A model generated the notes under the pieces. The model was given only the letters and a program-made list of their open reading frames with translations. It was not told where the DNA came from and made no database searches. A program made the translations under genes and the position numbers. DNA of 63,955 nt, filler included, from Blastocystis sp. subtype 4 (Eukaryota), in assembly GCF_000743755.1 (NCBI RefSeq). It is 5 parts of 5 records of this genome, joined end to end, with 100 filler letters (N's around TTAATTAATTAA, not from the genome) between each part and the next. Parts side by side here need not be neighbours in the genome. Positions count along the whole stretch, not along the records: positions 1 to 13,855 come from NW_014569271.1; positions 13,956 to 27,799 come from NW_014569270.1; 3 more parts are not named here. One strand, 5' to 3'. Numbering within the stretch: the stretch's first letter is position 1; each line of letters opens with the position of its first letter. Positions 1-14,694 of this stretch are shown here, piece by piece.

Positions 1-93
1 TTGCTCTCAACGCTAAAACAAACCCAAACGAGGCTCCACGTAATAGTCACGCATAGCAGCCGCTGCATTCACTTCGAATGATGATACTGACAT
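1..93 (-). CDS. ATP6V1B: V-type H+-ATPase subunit B, first exon (gene runs off the window start)
   Basis: Exon 93-24 reads MSVSSFEVNAAAAMRDYYVEPRL followed by a GT donor. This matches the V-ATPase B N-terminal 'A..RDY...PRL(DYRTV)' motif. Confidence 0.65.
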
Positions 94-254
94 CCTTTGC
101 TTCAAAGTCGCAAGATCTATGAGGAAATGGAGCCAAATTGAAACGTGGAAACGGGGAACTGAGTTGATCAAAGAGTTGAACGCCTTTCTCTTCAATAGAA
201 TTGAGACCCCTCTCTCATAGGTGTTAACTCAAAACAAACACCATGCAAGGTACA

Positions 255-1677
255 TCAAATCTCATCCAACAAGATGGCCACTTCATCAGCAGGAACACTT
301 CCAAAGAGCAACTTTCCCTCATAACTCGCTCCACAGTACAACCAGAGATTCTTCGCACTCCAAGCTGTTGAATATACACTGCTCCTTGTTCCTCCAAGAC
401 TCATAACCTTTTTATCATCTTGCTGTCTACATTATTACACAGTTCTTAATCTCACTTTTCTTTCAACCGAGATGATGATACAGAGAAGAGTCTCCACAGT
501 GTGATGGTACTATCTGTACTGGAGGTCAACAACAATTGATCCTGAATGGGATTGTAGTGGACCGAAGAGACCCTATAACTCACAACTTGTCTCCTCCTCT
601 ACCAGTGAGTATGTGCCTGGATCGACTTTTCTGGAGTCATACCATGACGAGATACATGCCACACATGAACCATTCCATCCTTTCCTCCTGTACACAAAGT
701 GCTAGGACGATTGGGATTGAACTCCATACATGTTACCCCACCTGTGTGACAATTCAGTCGTTCAGCGAACATTGTATTATCACTAATGTTGATGACACGT
801 ACATCACATCCTTGACCCACTGCTAAGAGATGGGTGTGAAGCGGATCCCATGCAGCACAGACACATGAGTCCTTGAATGCATAGAAGAAGAGCTCATTCA
901 GGGTTCCCTCATCAGTGACTTGATAACCAGCATAACCTGAACTATACACAAGAATCAACTCATGAGGAAGAGTACCTTCATCCAGATTGCCTGGATGCCA
1001 AATTGCACTATGTGATACATATGAAAGATGCTTACGTAATGATATTATCACGAGGTGCCGTCGCTAGCATAGTCAGTTCTGTGGGTTTCTCTTCAACCAC
1101 AGGGAGATCCTTCTTGTCATCAGGAATGCATTCCTTGTCTTCCTGAGCAACAGTGACTTCCTCCTCCTTTTCATCTCCTTCCTCCTTTGTGGCATCTTCT
1201 TTTGGCTCTTCCTTGTCTGCAGACGGAATGGCTGCTGGAACCTCTTTTGGTGTAACAGGCTCCATAACTGCCTTTGAATCCGAGTCCTTTTCCTCGGATA
1301 CTTGTGAGAATGACAGATTCTCAAGACGATATAAAACACCCTTCTTTGTATCTACATAGATGAATCGATAATAAAAGCAAATACCGGAGTCACAACCAAC
1401 AACAACAAAACAAAGCTGCGGATCATAGGGACAAGGAGCCAATCCAAAGATTTGACCTTTATGTTTATATATGTGTTCTGAGAAAACAGTCCGATTCTTT
1501 GTATTGTATTCAACTAAGTGAATCTAGAAAAGAAGAGGAACGAGTTATCCATACTTCATTATCATCTCCCACAGATGCTGTTGACAATAAGAAGCGATTT
1601 GCCGTTACATCACCAAGAAGAGGAGCAACAATTCTTGCTGTTGGCTTACAGGAATACGTTTCTGTTGCAATCTGCAT
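255..1677 (-). CDS. EIPR1: WD40 protein EIPR1/TSSC1 (EARP/GARP interactor), multi-exon
   Basis: Spliced motifs include TARIVAP..RFLLSTAS, HKGQIFGLAPCP, AWDPLH, MEFNPNRP..LCTGGKDG, HTHWVSSVHYNPIQDQLLLTSSTDS and SVYSTAWSAKNLW..ASYEG. TGA is at 257-255 and TGTTTGTT at 240-233. Confidence 0.8.
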
Positions 1678-1896
1678 TTGATCGATCTAGAAATGATCTG
1701 GAATTCAAAGAAGCACACTTAGTCAAGGATTCCATGAACAATGAACAGGTTTGACCCAATTATATAAACTGTCCCAATTCTATAGCTCTTGGATAATCTT
1801 GTGAACATTGGTACTATTAGCGATTTGGTGTTATGGATCTCTCAAAATCGAACCTCCAATGACAAATACGTATGGACTTACAAACAAGTGTTAGCA

Positions 1897-2638
1897 CTAG
1901 ATTACATCACCAAATATACATTTTCCCTCAAACATGATCGTGGGTATGTTTGTACGATTGATCTACCAATCACTTCTGGGATTATCATCTACATCAAACA
2001 GGAATTGAATCGATGGATAAGCTCGGAGAAGAGAGTAGTTTGGTTGCAAAGAGAGGATCCTTTGATTTTGAACACGAAGGAGAATGAGAGGATAAGAGCT
2101 CAATGCTGATTCTCTACAGATTAGCAGATTCGTTGAATTCAACCGCAGCATCGAATTGCGAATATTAACAGTTGTCGCAAAGATGCCAATTGGAGGAGTA
2201 TTCTGTCCAAGTTCCGTAGTTACTCTTCCAAGGACACCAATAAATTCACGAACCTATACATATCTATTCTGATTCACAAGTACCATTGCAGTAGAACAAT
2301 GTGAAGTATCTTTACATTGAACATAAAGTGGAATCTTGATATTTCCAAGTGGCCATACACCCTATTTAACAAACGCCATTTCAACTCTACTTGTAAATCG
2401 ACCCCTCTATCATTTGGACCTCCACAATTATGAAGCTTCATTCCGAGTGTACTTAATACTTCCACAATCTGTCATCATAATTAACTATCATTCTTACATC
2501 ATTTTCAAAGAGTAATCCTTTTGATACTGTTGATATGGATCTCTAGACCATGATTTGGTGTAGATGTCCGAGTACAAGACTATTCAAGCAAATAACACTT
2601 TTCAAAGCTGTTTGAATTTGGAAAACTCGAAACAGCAT
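1897..2638 (-). CDS. RRG7/DUF2034-like protein (Mrr-type PD-(D/E)XK fold), probably targeted to the mitochondrion-related organelle
   Basis: Spliced translation: MLFRVFQIQTALKSVICLNSLRSISTVSKGLLFEND...GGPNDRGVDLQGVW...YVQCK...VREFIG. The N-terminus is basic and lacks acidic residues. TAG is at 1899-1897, then TGTTTGTA. Confidence 0.65.
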
Positions 2639-2670
2639 AACAGGTTTTATTACAAAACAAACACTGCATG

Positions 2671-4258
2671 TTACTCAATCTTCTCCTTTTCTTCTTCCTC
2701 GACATCCTCTTCATCATCATCTACATCTATCGGTAATTCTAATTTCAAAGACCTACAAGACTGATCCGTCTTTCTCAAAAACAGGCACACTAACAATGTC
2801 CAGTGGGCCACCTGAAGAAGAATAGAAGACAGAGGAGTCGAAGGATAAATGTTATACACAATTTCAATGGCTGCTAAGAGAATTAACTTCTATTTCTCAA
2901 CCTCATCCTCTAAAACAAGTACAGCAATCACAGAGATCTCTGTTCTCCATAGCAAATAAGGTAAGGTATGGAAATACCACGCATAATACTGATAATGCAT
3001 GGATCGTGAGCATACAACACCAATGAAATTGCTTGCAAAGAGTGTAGTCATGATATGTTCCGTTGTCAACGGAACATCATAATCACGCAATTTGAACCAG
3101 TCAAACATACGAACAAGGAGATTGCGTGGTTTTGGTGCGAATGGATCTGACTGAACAACTTTCCAGATTCCTCCCATGGGTCTAGATGGGATTCATTGCA
3201 TAGACCTACTGACTCCAGCGTCGGAAAATGAAGAGAAGCAGAATACTCACTTGTAGAACAAGAAGAATCAGGCCAAATACAGGATTGACAAAGATCTAGG
3301 AATAAGGGATATCGCTTGTTCTGACATCATAAGGAAGGAATTTGAAATTGACGGTCCATTTGTAGGTAAAGACACGACCAAATTCATAGGCGCGACCCAA
3401 GTAGCCAGCTGCATTCTCGGCAATGAAAGGAATTCCCAACAGGAACTGAACAAGCACGATTACGAAGAAGAGAAAAAGTGTACGTGGAACTCCAACAGCC
3501 TATGAGTGAATCTAAGAGAGAATATGAACTTCAAAGAGAATAAGAAGCAGGGAGGGGAAGAAAAGGAGAATATTCATCTTGATCGAGAGAGCAAAAGACA
3601 TAACAACCACTCCGAGGAACCATTTTTGATACGTGAAGAGAAGACTAAACATAAAGAACAAGAAGAAATGAAACATGGAGAGATAGAGAGGAAGCATTAG
3701 AACTGCCTCATTGAATAATCGGAGATAGTAAATACTCTTGACACGCTTTGAAAGACAAAGAAGTAACAATGCCCATCTACAATTAAGACATCTATAGAAA
3801 TCTACTGAGGGACAACATTTGACCTGTGATACAAAATCAATACAACAGCCAAGGTGGCAAGATATAAACCAAGGAAAATGTATTGTGCTAATTGTAAGAC
3901 AATCTTTCAATAAAAACCCAGTCGGATATTCTCTCCTCCATCTGTTATCTTAAATAATAGAGAATACACGTAAATGTAACCTGCAGGATAAACAGCAGGT
4001 CCTGTCTCACCCATATACTGTGTGTAATCCAGTGATTTGTATATTGCAGTATAAACATGAGCCATATAGGCCTTCCAATCAATCTCAGTATCTAGTCCCT
4101 CATACAAATAATAGAAATCAATTACATGGAACAAAATGAATAATCAGACAACCCAGGACCAGCTCTCCAACAAGAATCATCCAAAAGAGATGCCAGAAGT
4201 ATTTCCGATTCGTCAGCACATTCTTTCCGTAATTATAGACTTGTCGAACGGCTTCCAT
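2671..4258 (-). CDS. ALG3: Dol-P-Man:Man5GlcNAc2-PP-Dol alpha-1,3-mannosyltransferase
   Basis: Motifs [44 protein letters not shown] and [22 protein letters not shown]. Confidence 0.95.
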
Positions 4259-4342
4259 TTTCAAGAATGGGGATAAGACAATTTCCGCGGGAATAAAACA
4301 AAACTGTCTTACATCAAAAAAGTATTCCTAACAACTAACAGT

Positions 4343-7167
4343 ATGAGTGTGGAAACGAACACGGGTGTTACTATGCCCTGGATTAAACCAGAATACATTT
4401 TAGGAGAATCTGGAGAAAAGTTGAATGCAACTCCTATTATGGTAACAAACAGTCTGACAAGAACGAAGGTATATTATTGAGAGCTTCTGTGAAATCTAGG
4501 TTCCTTTTATCACTATTAAGCCTCGGAAGGTGTTGTGGTACAGTTGTGGACCTACTGTGTACGATGTAGCACATATGGGACATGCCAGGTAGTGTAAGAT
4601 TGAGGTTGTTACTCATAGGACATATCTGAGTCAAGATATCATTATGCGTATTCTTCGTGACTACTTTAACTACGATGTGATGTTTGTGATGAACATCACA
4701 GATATTGATGACAAGATTATCAAAAGGTACCTAGTATTCTGTATCTGGAACATAGATCTAATGAACAGGGAATTGAGTTTAAGCAATTAGCTCGTAAGTA
4801 TGAGAAGGAGTTTATGGAGGATATGAAAGCTCTGGGTTGTCGTACTGCTAATGTGATTACTCGTGTTTCAGAGGTTCATTTAGTTGTTATTGATAATGGG
4901 TAGTATATTAATGAGATTCTAGAGATGATTCAGGGAATCATTGATAATGGTTATGCTTACGTAGTAAAAGGAAGTGTGTATTTTGATACACAAGCTTTCA
5001 TGAAGAAGAATACGTATGGCAAGTTAGGTATGATTTCATTATTCTGTTGATATTAGTGCCTGAGGTCGTTGGAAACATTAACGAGGCTGCTGAAGAAGAT
5101 TTCAGTGCTGACAAGAAGAACCCAAGTGATTTTGCTTTGTGGAAGGCAAGCAAGCCTGGTGAGCCAGAATGGGAATCAACATGGGGAAAGGGTCGTCCTG
5201 GTTGGCATATCGAGTGTTCTGCTATGTCCTACAGTATCTTCAAGGATATCAGTGATGGATGCATTGATGTCCATTCGGGTGGTGTGGATCTACGTTTCCC
5301 TCATCATCAAAATGAGATGGCTCAGAGTGAGGCCTTCATGCAGTGTGAGTAGGATTGATGGATGATGATAAGAAGTAGTCAAGCTGTGAATTATTTCCTA
5401 CACACAGGTCATCTGAACATTGATGGATTGAAGATGTCAAAGTCTCTTAAGAACTTCATTACCATCCGTCAGACATTGGCAAATTTCACTCCTAACCAGG
5501 TTCGTATGTGTTTCCTTCTCCACAAGTGGAACACAACGATGAACTATTCTGATGGTGCTCTGGACGAAGCACGAGCCAAAGAAAAGCTTTTCAATAATTT
5601 CTTCCAGAATGTGAAGACAAGATTGCGTACTCAGCCTGTTAATGCTCCTGAGCGTTGGGAGAAGCGTGAAGTGGATCTGAATAAGGAGCTAATGGACTGT
5701 CGTGAAGCTGTTCGTGAGAGTCTTTGTGACGATTTCAATACTGAAGGAGCAATGAGAGCTCTGGAAGGACTGGTACGTGCTTATAACCAATATGCAGAAG
5801 ATGACAAGCCTATTGTGGCTCCTCTCGTAACTTCATGTGGTGAATTTGTGTCCAATATGTTCCGAGTATTTGGTCTAATCGAGCCTGAGGTACGTATTGG
5901 ATCCTCTGAAAATGAGGGTGGTGAAAGTGTTATCGAACCTTTGGTGAATATTGTTTCAAGTCAACGAGATGAGTGTATGGATTAGTGTGATACCTGAAGG
6001 ATAGTGAAGAGAGAAGCTCAGACATCTCAAATCCCTATCTTCTCTCATGATCTCCGAACAGATCTTTTCAGTGAAGTAATTCCAGATAAGAGCAGTGAGG
6101 AAAGTAAGGAGATTGAACAGAGGCTGACGAGTATAATTGATGAGTTCAGTAAGGAGGGTAACCGATCTGAGGTTGATTGAGGAATAGTGGAAAAACATCG
6201 CAAGAAGCCAACAGAGGTGAAGCAGCTTTGTTATGAACTTAGTGATCAAGTTTTCTCTCTGCTGGGTCTCCATTTGGATAGTCCAGAGAAAAAGTGTATA
6301 TGGAAACTGGCAAATATCATGGTGGAGTTCCGTGATGACGGTAGGAAAGTGAGGAATACATGAACAGTAGTGAAGGAAAATCGTAAAGATCATAAGAAGG
6401 TTGAAGAAGCCTGTACTAACTTCTCTAAGAATATTAAAGAGGTCGACATTCCTCAGGGTGAAGATGATGTTGATGAGTTGAGAAAGATTCTTCTGAGGTT
6501 CTATGATGATGGTATTTGATAATGAACTGTGTGAGAGATAGTGAGGAATGATGCATACCGTAGTACTGGATTGATGAGACGTTGTGATGACCTCAATAAT
6601 GCTTTCCTTTCTTTCGTAGTTAAGGAGTTAGGAAATACGGAAGGTATGCTTGTCATGAGATTAGCTAGTTATCTTTTTGAATTCCGGAACAAAGGTTTGA
6701 TTTGATAGTGTGTGTGAGAGATAGTGATGGTTGAGTATAGAAGACCTACTCAAGTTCTGAGACGTTGCGATCAGCTTCGTAATCAATTGAAGGAGGCTGG
6801 TATCCGTCTGGAAGATACGCCAAATGGAACGACATGGAAGAAGATCAGCAAGGAGGAACTCAAAGCTGAAGAAGAGGAAAAGAGGAAGAAGGAAGAAGAG
6901 AAACGAATGAAGGAAGAGGAAGCACAGCGTATGGAGAAGGAGAGAGAGGAAAAGGCTAAGATTGATCCAAAGACTATGTTCCTCGGAATGACGGATTTGT
7001 ATTCCCAATTTGATGCAAATGTAAGAGAAGTGAAATTGAGTGAATGTTAGGGTATTCCTACTCATGATGTGGAAGGAAAGCCTCTAACGAAGAGTGCTTT
7101 GAAAAAGGTCATGAAACAATATAAGGAACAAGAAAAGCGTTATGAGACATGGAAAAGCAGAAATTAA
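4343..7167 (+). CDS. CARS1: Cysteinyl-tRNA synthetase with an expanded anticodon-binding region
   Basis: Motifs [51 protein letters not shown] and KMSKS. TAA is at 7165-7167, followed by TGTTTGTT. Confidence 0.97.
5941..6810 (+). repeat. Five tandem exon-intron units encoding a CysRS helical hairpin
   Basis: Phase-1 introns of 30 nt at 5975-6004, 6158-6187, 6341-6370, 6512-6541 and 6695-6724 (period 183/183/171/183). Each falls at the same position in an L..I...F...V motif. Confidence 0.8.
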
Positions 7168-7242
7168 TCTTCAGGGGGTTGTTTGTTTGTTGAGTCAATA
7201 ACCGCGGAAGTATCGTTTCCATTTCATTTTCTACAAGAGAAC

Positions 7243-9830
<2,588 letters not shown>

Positions 9831-9907
9831 CGACTGTTTGTTCAAATGAAAGGATTAGGAGGTTTCATGAAATCACAATAGTTTTCTTGTGGTGCTTGCA
9901 TCATCCC

Positions 9908-12900
9908 ATGTGTGCTTATTTCCCAATCGAAGAAGAGAGTGAGAAAGAGAAATCTATATCAGGTCTAGAATGGGAGTATGCTCCAGGTGTTCCCGATAAG
10001 GAAGATAAATGGCATCTCATTCCTGAATTCATGAGAGTAATATGTTGCTTTATGTATTTATGGAATAGACACGAGGTTTGGTGAAACAGCAAATCCACTC
10101 CTACAACTACTTCATCAATATTGGAATCAAAAAGATCATGGAGGCTAATCGTGAAATTCGTAGTGATGTGAACAACAAGTTCTTCGTTCAATACCAGAAC
10201 ATCTATATAGGTGAACCGATGGTTCTTGAGGATTCCCAGATCATCAATAATAAGGTGATTCATTCATATTTTGATTTTATACTCAGATTACGCCAATGGA
10301 CTGTCGTAAGCGCAGTCTTACATATTCTGCTCCTATTTTTGTAGATATCAAATATACTCTTGGTGACAAGATTATGATGAAGCGAGGTCTTCGTATTGGC
10401 CAATTACCGATCATGCTTCATTCATCAAAATGCGTGTTGCGCAACAAAACACCAGCTGAATTGGCAAAGATGCAAGAGTGTTTATATGATCCTGGTGGTT
10501 ACTTCATCGTCAAAGGAGCTGAAAAAGTGCTTTTAATGCAGGAACAGTTATCAAAGAATCGTATTTTAGTCGATATGAACGATGATGGAACAATTGTGGT
10601 AGGTAGTTACAGATCAAGTTGATTATAGGCCAATGTCACTAGTTCCACAACTGAACGTAAATCCCGTTGCTATGTTCTAGAAAAGAAAGGACGTTTATAT
10701 CTCAAACATAACGTGTTTACCAAAGACATTCCAATCTGCATCGCATTCCGTTGTATGGGAATCGAAAGTGATCAAGAGATTATGGCTCTTGTATTCTTTC
10801 TCCTCTGGTTCTGATTATAGATTGGTAATGAACCTCAGTATCGAACCTACTTCAATCTAAGTATTGAAGAGGCTCATCAAGCTGGCGTATTCACACAAGA
10901 CCAGGCTCTGAAGTGGGTTGGAAGTCTAGTAAGCATGCGCAAAGGACGCTGGAGTAAGAAACGATCTGCTGAAGAAGAAGGACGAGAAGTCTTCAATACG
11001 ACCATTCTGTGTCATGTTCCTGTGGTCCAATACGATTATTGGCCGAAATGTGTGTATTTGGCGTATATGACACGAGAGGTATTGAAGTGTATCTTTGATC
11101 ATTCTTTGCTTTCCGATAAAGTAGGTCGAAATAATGGAATTGTCAAAATTAGGATTATTATGGTAATAAACGTATTGAGATGTCGGGTGATCTAATCTCT
11201 TTGTTGTTTGAAGATTTGTTTAAGATGTACAATGCGAAGGTGAAGGAATCAGTAAACAAATCACTTCAGAAGGTGGGTTTCGTTCATTAGATTCATATTT
11301 CAGACTGCTCGAGTGAATGCCTTTGATGTGGTTCCTGTTATGCAACAGTTTCATGACATTATCACAAATGGGTGTGTGAATGCTATCAAATCAGGAAACT
11401 GGGTTCTGAAGCGATTCCATATCGATCGTAAAGGTGTAGCAGAGGTTGGATCGAATGAATGGAATGATTCGTAGCCTGTGACTCGTCTCTCTTATATGGC
11501 TGCTGTTGGTCATATGACTCGAATTCGATCACACGTTGAGAAAGCTCAGAAGATCAGTGGACCCCGTGCATTACAGCCTTCCCAATTTGGTATGGTCTGT
11601 CCAAGTGATACTCCTGAAGGAGAACAGTGTGGTTTAGTGAAGTCCTTATCAATTTTGGCGTATATCACAACAGATCAAGATGAACGATCACTACGCCAAG
11701 TTGCTTATGATTTAGGAGTTCTGGATATTGGACTTGTTGGAGCTGAAGAGTTATACGCATTTCCAAGCAATATTGTGTTTCTGAATGGTTGCATTCTGGG
11801 TATTCACTCACAACCAAATGCATTAGTACGAGCAGTACGTCAATTAAGACGTCGAGGTTTGCTTGGTGAATTTGTTAGTGTGTACTATGATAAAATAAGA
11901 CCTAAATGGGAGAATAATTTGTAGACTCGTCATTGTGTACACTTGTCATGTGATGGTGGACGAATTTGTCGACCTCTTCTCGTAGTCAACAAAGAGACAG
12001 GACATCCATATCTAACAAAACAGCATATTGAAGAAATTCGTCGAGGAACTCGTGATATTGTCTCACTGGTTCATGAAGTATGATAGTATGAAGAGAATGA
12101 GATCTAGGGAGTGATTGAGTATATTGATGTGAATGAAGAGAACTCTTGTCTGATTGCAGTATCGGATCGAGATATCACACCTGCTCATACTCACATGGAA
12201 ATTGATCCAGTTTCCATTCTCGGTATTGTAGCTTCGCTTATTCCTTATCCTGATCATAATCAATCACCTCGAAATACCTACCAGTGTGCTATGGGTAAAC
12301 AAGCCATTGGATCAATTGCTTGTAATCAACAGCAGCGTGTTGATATTTCACCCCTCAATCTTCTCGTCTATCCTATGATGCCAATGGTGCGCTCGCGTGT
12401 ACTAGATCTGCTTCACTTCTCACAATTACCTGCTGGTCAGAATGCAATGGTAGCAGTGATGTCATACTCTGGGTATGATATCGAAGATGCTGTTGTGTTA
12501 AACAAAGCATCTATTGATCGTGGATATGGCCGTGTGGTTATTAGCAAGAAGCAGGTCTTCTCATTGAAGAAGTATCCTAATGGAACACAAGACATCATTA
12601 AGGCTCCACCTCGTCGAGAAGAGCAGAAAGGGATGGATGATGCAACATGGGAACGTTTATTTGAACATTATAAGCCCTTGGGTGAGGATGGTATTGTTGA
12701 AGTTGGTGTGTACGTGAAGGTAAGAACAGACTGGGTTCATTCATATGTAGCATGGAGATATTCTTGTTAATAAAGAGATCCCTGTCAATACAGGGGATTT
12801 TATTGGTGATAACTGTACGTACATTGTTATTGATAATCATGTTTAGCAACACGAGCAGCTCCTGTGAAGTATAAGGAGAATGGTGGATATGTGGATAAGG

Positions 12901-13757
12901 TTCTAATTACCACAACAGATAATGAATACTTCTTGATCAAAGCGATGGTACGAGATATGCGTGTACCGGAATTAGGTGATAAATTCTCTTCTCGCCATGG
13001 TCAGAAGGGTGTAGTTGGTCTGATTACTGGTCAGGAGAATATGCCCTTTACAAATGCTGGAATCTATCCTGATATGATTATGAATCCACACGGCTTCCCT
13101 TCTCGAATGACTGTTGGTAAAATGATGGAATTGCTCGCAGGAAAAGCTGGATTGTATGATGGAGAACGCAAATTCGGAACTATTTTTGGAGGAACAAATG
13201 TGGAAGATTGTGCCGAGATTCTTGTTCAACATGGGTTTAGTTACTGTGGCAAGGATGTGATGTACAGTGGTACGTATGATAAGAATGGTTTATGTTAAGG
13301 AATCACAGGTGAACCGTTGCGTGCTTACATCTTCACAGGACCTGTGTATTACCAGCGATTGAAGCACATGGTGAAGGATAAGGTATTTGCTCGAGCTAAA
13401 GGACCTCGAATGGCATTAACACATCAACCAACACAAGGTCGTGCTCGTGATGGTGGTTTACGTGTGGGAGAAATGGAGCGTGATTGTTTGGTAGCTCATG
13501 GAACCTCTATGTTGTTGATTGAGCGTTTGCTGTTGTCATCAGATCCCTTCTTAGCATCGATCTGTGGCAAATGTGGATTACTGTGTCAGGAGGAGTGGTG
13601 TGATTATTGTAAGTCAGGAGAGAACGTTTGTCAAATCCGTATTCCTTATGCCTGTAAGTTGTTGTTCCAAGAACTTCAATCAATGAATGTGGTACCTCGA
13701 CTTAGTATCTCTGATGGAGGCTATTTTGATTATGACTTCTGTAAAGGAGGCAATTGA
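9908..13757 (+). CDS. POLR3B: RNA polymerase III second-largest subunit
   Basis: Motifs [79 protein letters not shown] and [12 protein letters not shown]. Start codon is approximate. Confidence 0.95.
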
Positions 13758-13855
13758 TATGTTTGTAAGAAACAGAATGCATTAAGGTCGGCACACACGC
13801 ACCGTAGTGTCGCCCACACTTTCCTTAACACGACAGAAAGCTTAATAAGCCTTAG

Positions 13856-13955
13856 NNNNNNNNNNNNNNNNNNNNNNNNNNNNNNNNNNNNNNNNNNNNT
13901 TAATTAATTAANNNNNNNNNNNNNNNNNNNNNNNNNNNNNNNNNNNNNNNNNNNN
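13856..13955. other. Artificial contig spacer N44-TTAATTAATTAA-N44
   Basis: The same 100-nt structure occurs four times, and the linker has stops in all six frames. Confidence 0.97.
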
Positions 13956-14270
13956 GGGAAAGAGATATGGTATGGAATGATCAAAGAAGGGAAACGAATT
14001 CCTCTATTGTCTGAAGTGAAAGAGAAATCAGGATTGTATTGTGAGTACAATGAAAAGAGATGTCTATTATCAGTGAGTGAATATGATAGTAATGGATATA
14101 AGAAGAATGGAATGTGTTATGGATAGAAGGAGGAATGATAAAGAGAGTGTGTATGATGTTGAATGGGAATGAAGTGAGAGTGTTGTTTGAGATGGAAGGA
14201 GAATGACTGAATATGATGAAAGAGGGAATAAGAGATATGAAGGAGGATGGAGTGGAGATTGGATTGATCA
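13956..14270 (+). pseudogene. Degenerate fragment of a MORN-like (YEG.W) repeat gene family
   Basis: Remnant coding phrases such as LFEMEGE and EGNKRYEGGWSGD are broken by stops, at a contig end. Confidence 0.4.
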
Positions 14271-14694
14271 TCAGATTTGCCTTCAGTATCTGATATCTCA
14301 GGTGGTTATGGCACTTTAAACTTATGCATAATGTGATACTGGAGAGTATTTGAATGAAATGAATTGAATTGGAGATGTACCCCTATTGAATTCAACCAAC
14401 ATTCGTCTATATGGTTATTCTTTCGATTATACAAAGAGTCTTGTTGCAACAAGTGAGTGAATGAGTGTGTTAACAACAGATGCAGATGGTTTAGAGAAGT
14501 ACATTCGTAGTCGCAGTGAGTATCTGTAGTCATTCAGGGTCATTCTTTATTTCACCAAACTAATCAACCATAATGAAATATTCGGACTGATGATAAGGAG
14601 TGTTAGAGTTTGTATTCGTTGTCTTTGATTCATGAGAATTAGGTAGGTTCATCACAGAGTTGAAAGTGAACGAAACCAGACAAGTTCACTGCTT

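Noticed and set aside
1789..2109. 106-aa plus-strand ORF, with a possible in-frame TGA (selenoprotein) reading nearby
   Set aside because: It overlaps the better-supported minus-strand RRG7-like exons, and I saw no CxxU motif or SECIS element.
13781..13855. GC-rich hairpin-like segment at the contig end as a possible ncRNA
   Set aside because: It matches no RNA family I know, and reads equally well as the last exon of a truncated minus-strand gene ending TAA then TGTTTCTT.
13900..13911. TTAATTAATTAA recurring every ~13.9 kb as a possible periodic element
   Set aside because: It is always centred in N-runs, so it is a synthetic six-frame stop linker.
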